Below, in pieces: positions 62,803-64,000 of a stretch of DNA of 64,000 nt; within the stretch, counting starts at the first letter, position 1; each line of letters starts with the position of its first letter. The DNA lies in contig NC_135887.1 in the NCBI RefSeq assembly GCF_964194155.1, positions 128,960,001 through 129,024,000 on the forward strand, in the 5' to 3' direction. Source of the stretch: Cetorhinus maximus. Lineage: Eukaryota. The translations under genes were made by a program, and so were the position numbers. The notes under the pieces are model-generated. The model was not told where the DNA came from, did not search any database, and saw nothing but the letters and a program-made list of their open reading frames with translations.

Positions 62803-63586
62803 GTAAGATTACAATTTTAATGCTTGGTACTTGATTTGAATAATTGAAAATGAGAACTATTTTAAGCTTGCCCAGGGGCTTTGGAAGTAGTTCAGCCATT
62901 GAGCAGATTCCTCCTAAAACAGTATCTGAGGCAGAATGTACACATACAAAAATATTGCACAGGAGAAAATCTATGATGGTTGATGGTTCATCTAGCCTGT
63001 CCGATAAATCAATGCTGTTTTTACAGGAATCTTGGTGTTGTTTGAATCTTTACACCCTTCCAGTTTTTCAATACACAGTTACTTCCTTAATTCTAAGTGT
63101 ACATATATAAAATAATTAGTTTGAATTTTCAATTTACTTTTGTAGAATTATTTTGGTTGCAAGTCTGAGCCTTTAAAGATAAGAACAGAACCTTGTAGTT
63201 TGAAAGTTTGTTAAACCAGATTATGCATCTTGTTCAATTATTTGTGGAGTTCAATTTTGGTACATCTATGAGTCTTACATATTATTAATAAAGTTATTGA
63301 GTCTTTTTGACTTGAAGAATTGATATCAGTTGTGCACCCAAGTCCTTGGTTACTTGTGAGGAATGCCATGGTAGATCTATTTTTATTAATGTTTACAGTA
63401 TAGTTAGTATTGCAAGTTGCTGAACCTTTAGGCAATGTTGTTTCATCTTGAGGAAGGAACCATGCACCAGTCATTATTACCCTAACATAATATGACTCAT
63501 TATTGGCTTATATTAATTTACTTAAGTTTACCAGGCATGCTTTTTAAGGGTCTTAGTTTAATCATAGGAGGACTTATTAACCTAAT

Positions 63587-64000
63587 GGCCAGAATTTTCT
63601 GCTCATCAGGCAGGCGGGCGCCCGAACGAGTGTAAAATGACGCACGATGATGTCGGGCGAGCGCAGTCGCATGATATTTCGGTCGGTGAGCGCGTGCGGG
63701 AGTTGTCAGCGCACCCACTGACAATTAACAAGCCTATTAAGGCTATTAAAGATTTAATTGAATTAATTTTTTTCACTGCCTGTCCAACCTTATGGTTGGT
63801 GGGCAGGTGAAAAGGCCAAGTGGCCTTTGGATTTTTTGCGAAACCTTATCCACTGGCAGGATGAGGTTTCGATCCGTCATTAAAAAAATAAAAAATTTTC
63901 AAACTAATTTCTAACATGTCCCTGCTCATGAGAGTCACATGAGGGGATATGTTTTTAACATTTTTAAATTCCTTTTTTATTTTTCAAAATCTTCATCTCC
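63587..64000. mobile_element. Harbinger-family MITE in the GAS2 intron, truncated by the window edge
   Basis: GGCCAGAATTTT, identical to the TIR of 1233-5561; internal palindromes shared with the other MITEs. Confidence 0.85.

Overview
This is vertebrate genomic DNA, most likely from a shark or other cartilaginous fish (inferred from the repeat content and protein divergence). Two host genes are recognisable. FANCF is a complete single-exon gene (minus strand, 24709-25764) in a CpG island. GAS2 is represented by its first coding exon (plus strand, 62638-62802), in the same divergent arrangement as in mammals. Most of the rest is nested transposon debris: a full-length two-gene PIF/Harbinger element (DDE transposase plus spliced Myb/SANT partner), further Harbinger remnants and at least six ~0.5-0.7 kb Harbinger MITEs; a Tigger/pogo element; several solo LTRs; CR1 LINEs; and Penelope-like elements. 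The most notable observations are (i) an apparently ORF1-less LINE whose 5' end is a tRNA-type SINE head, with short derivatives made of that head plus the LINE tail, (ii) minimal hammerhead ribozymes in the Penelope terminal repeats, one ~450 bp upstream of FANCF, (iii) Harbinger MITEs with a fixed array of internal palindromes and a C-NNN-G target preference, and (iv) an AT-rich but CpG-retaining region upstream of GAS2. Boundaries of decayed repeats were read by eye and are approximate unless TSD or TIR coordinates are given.
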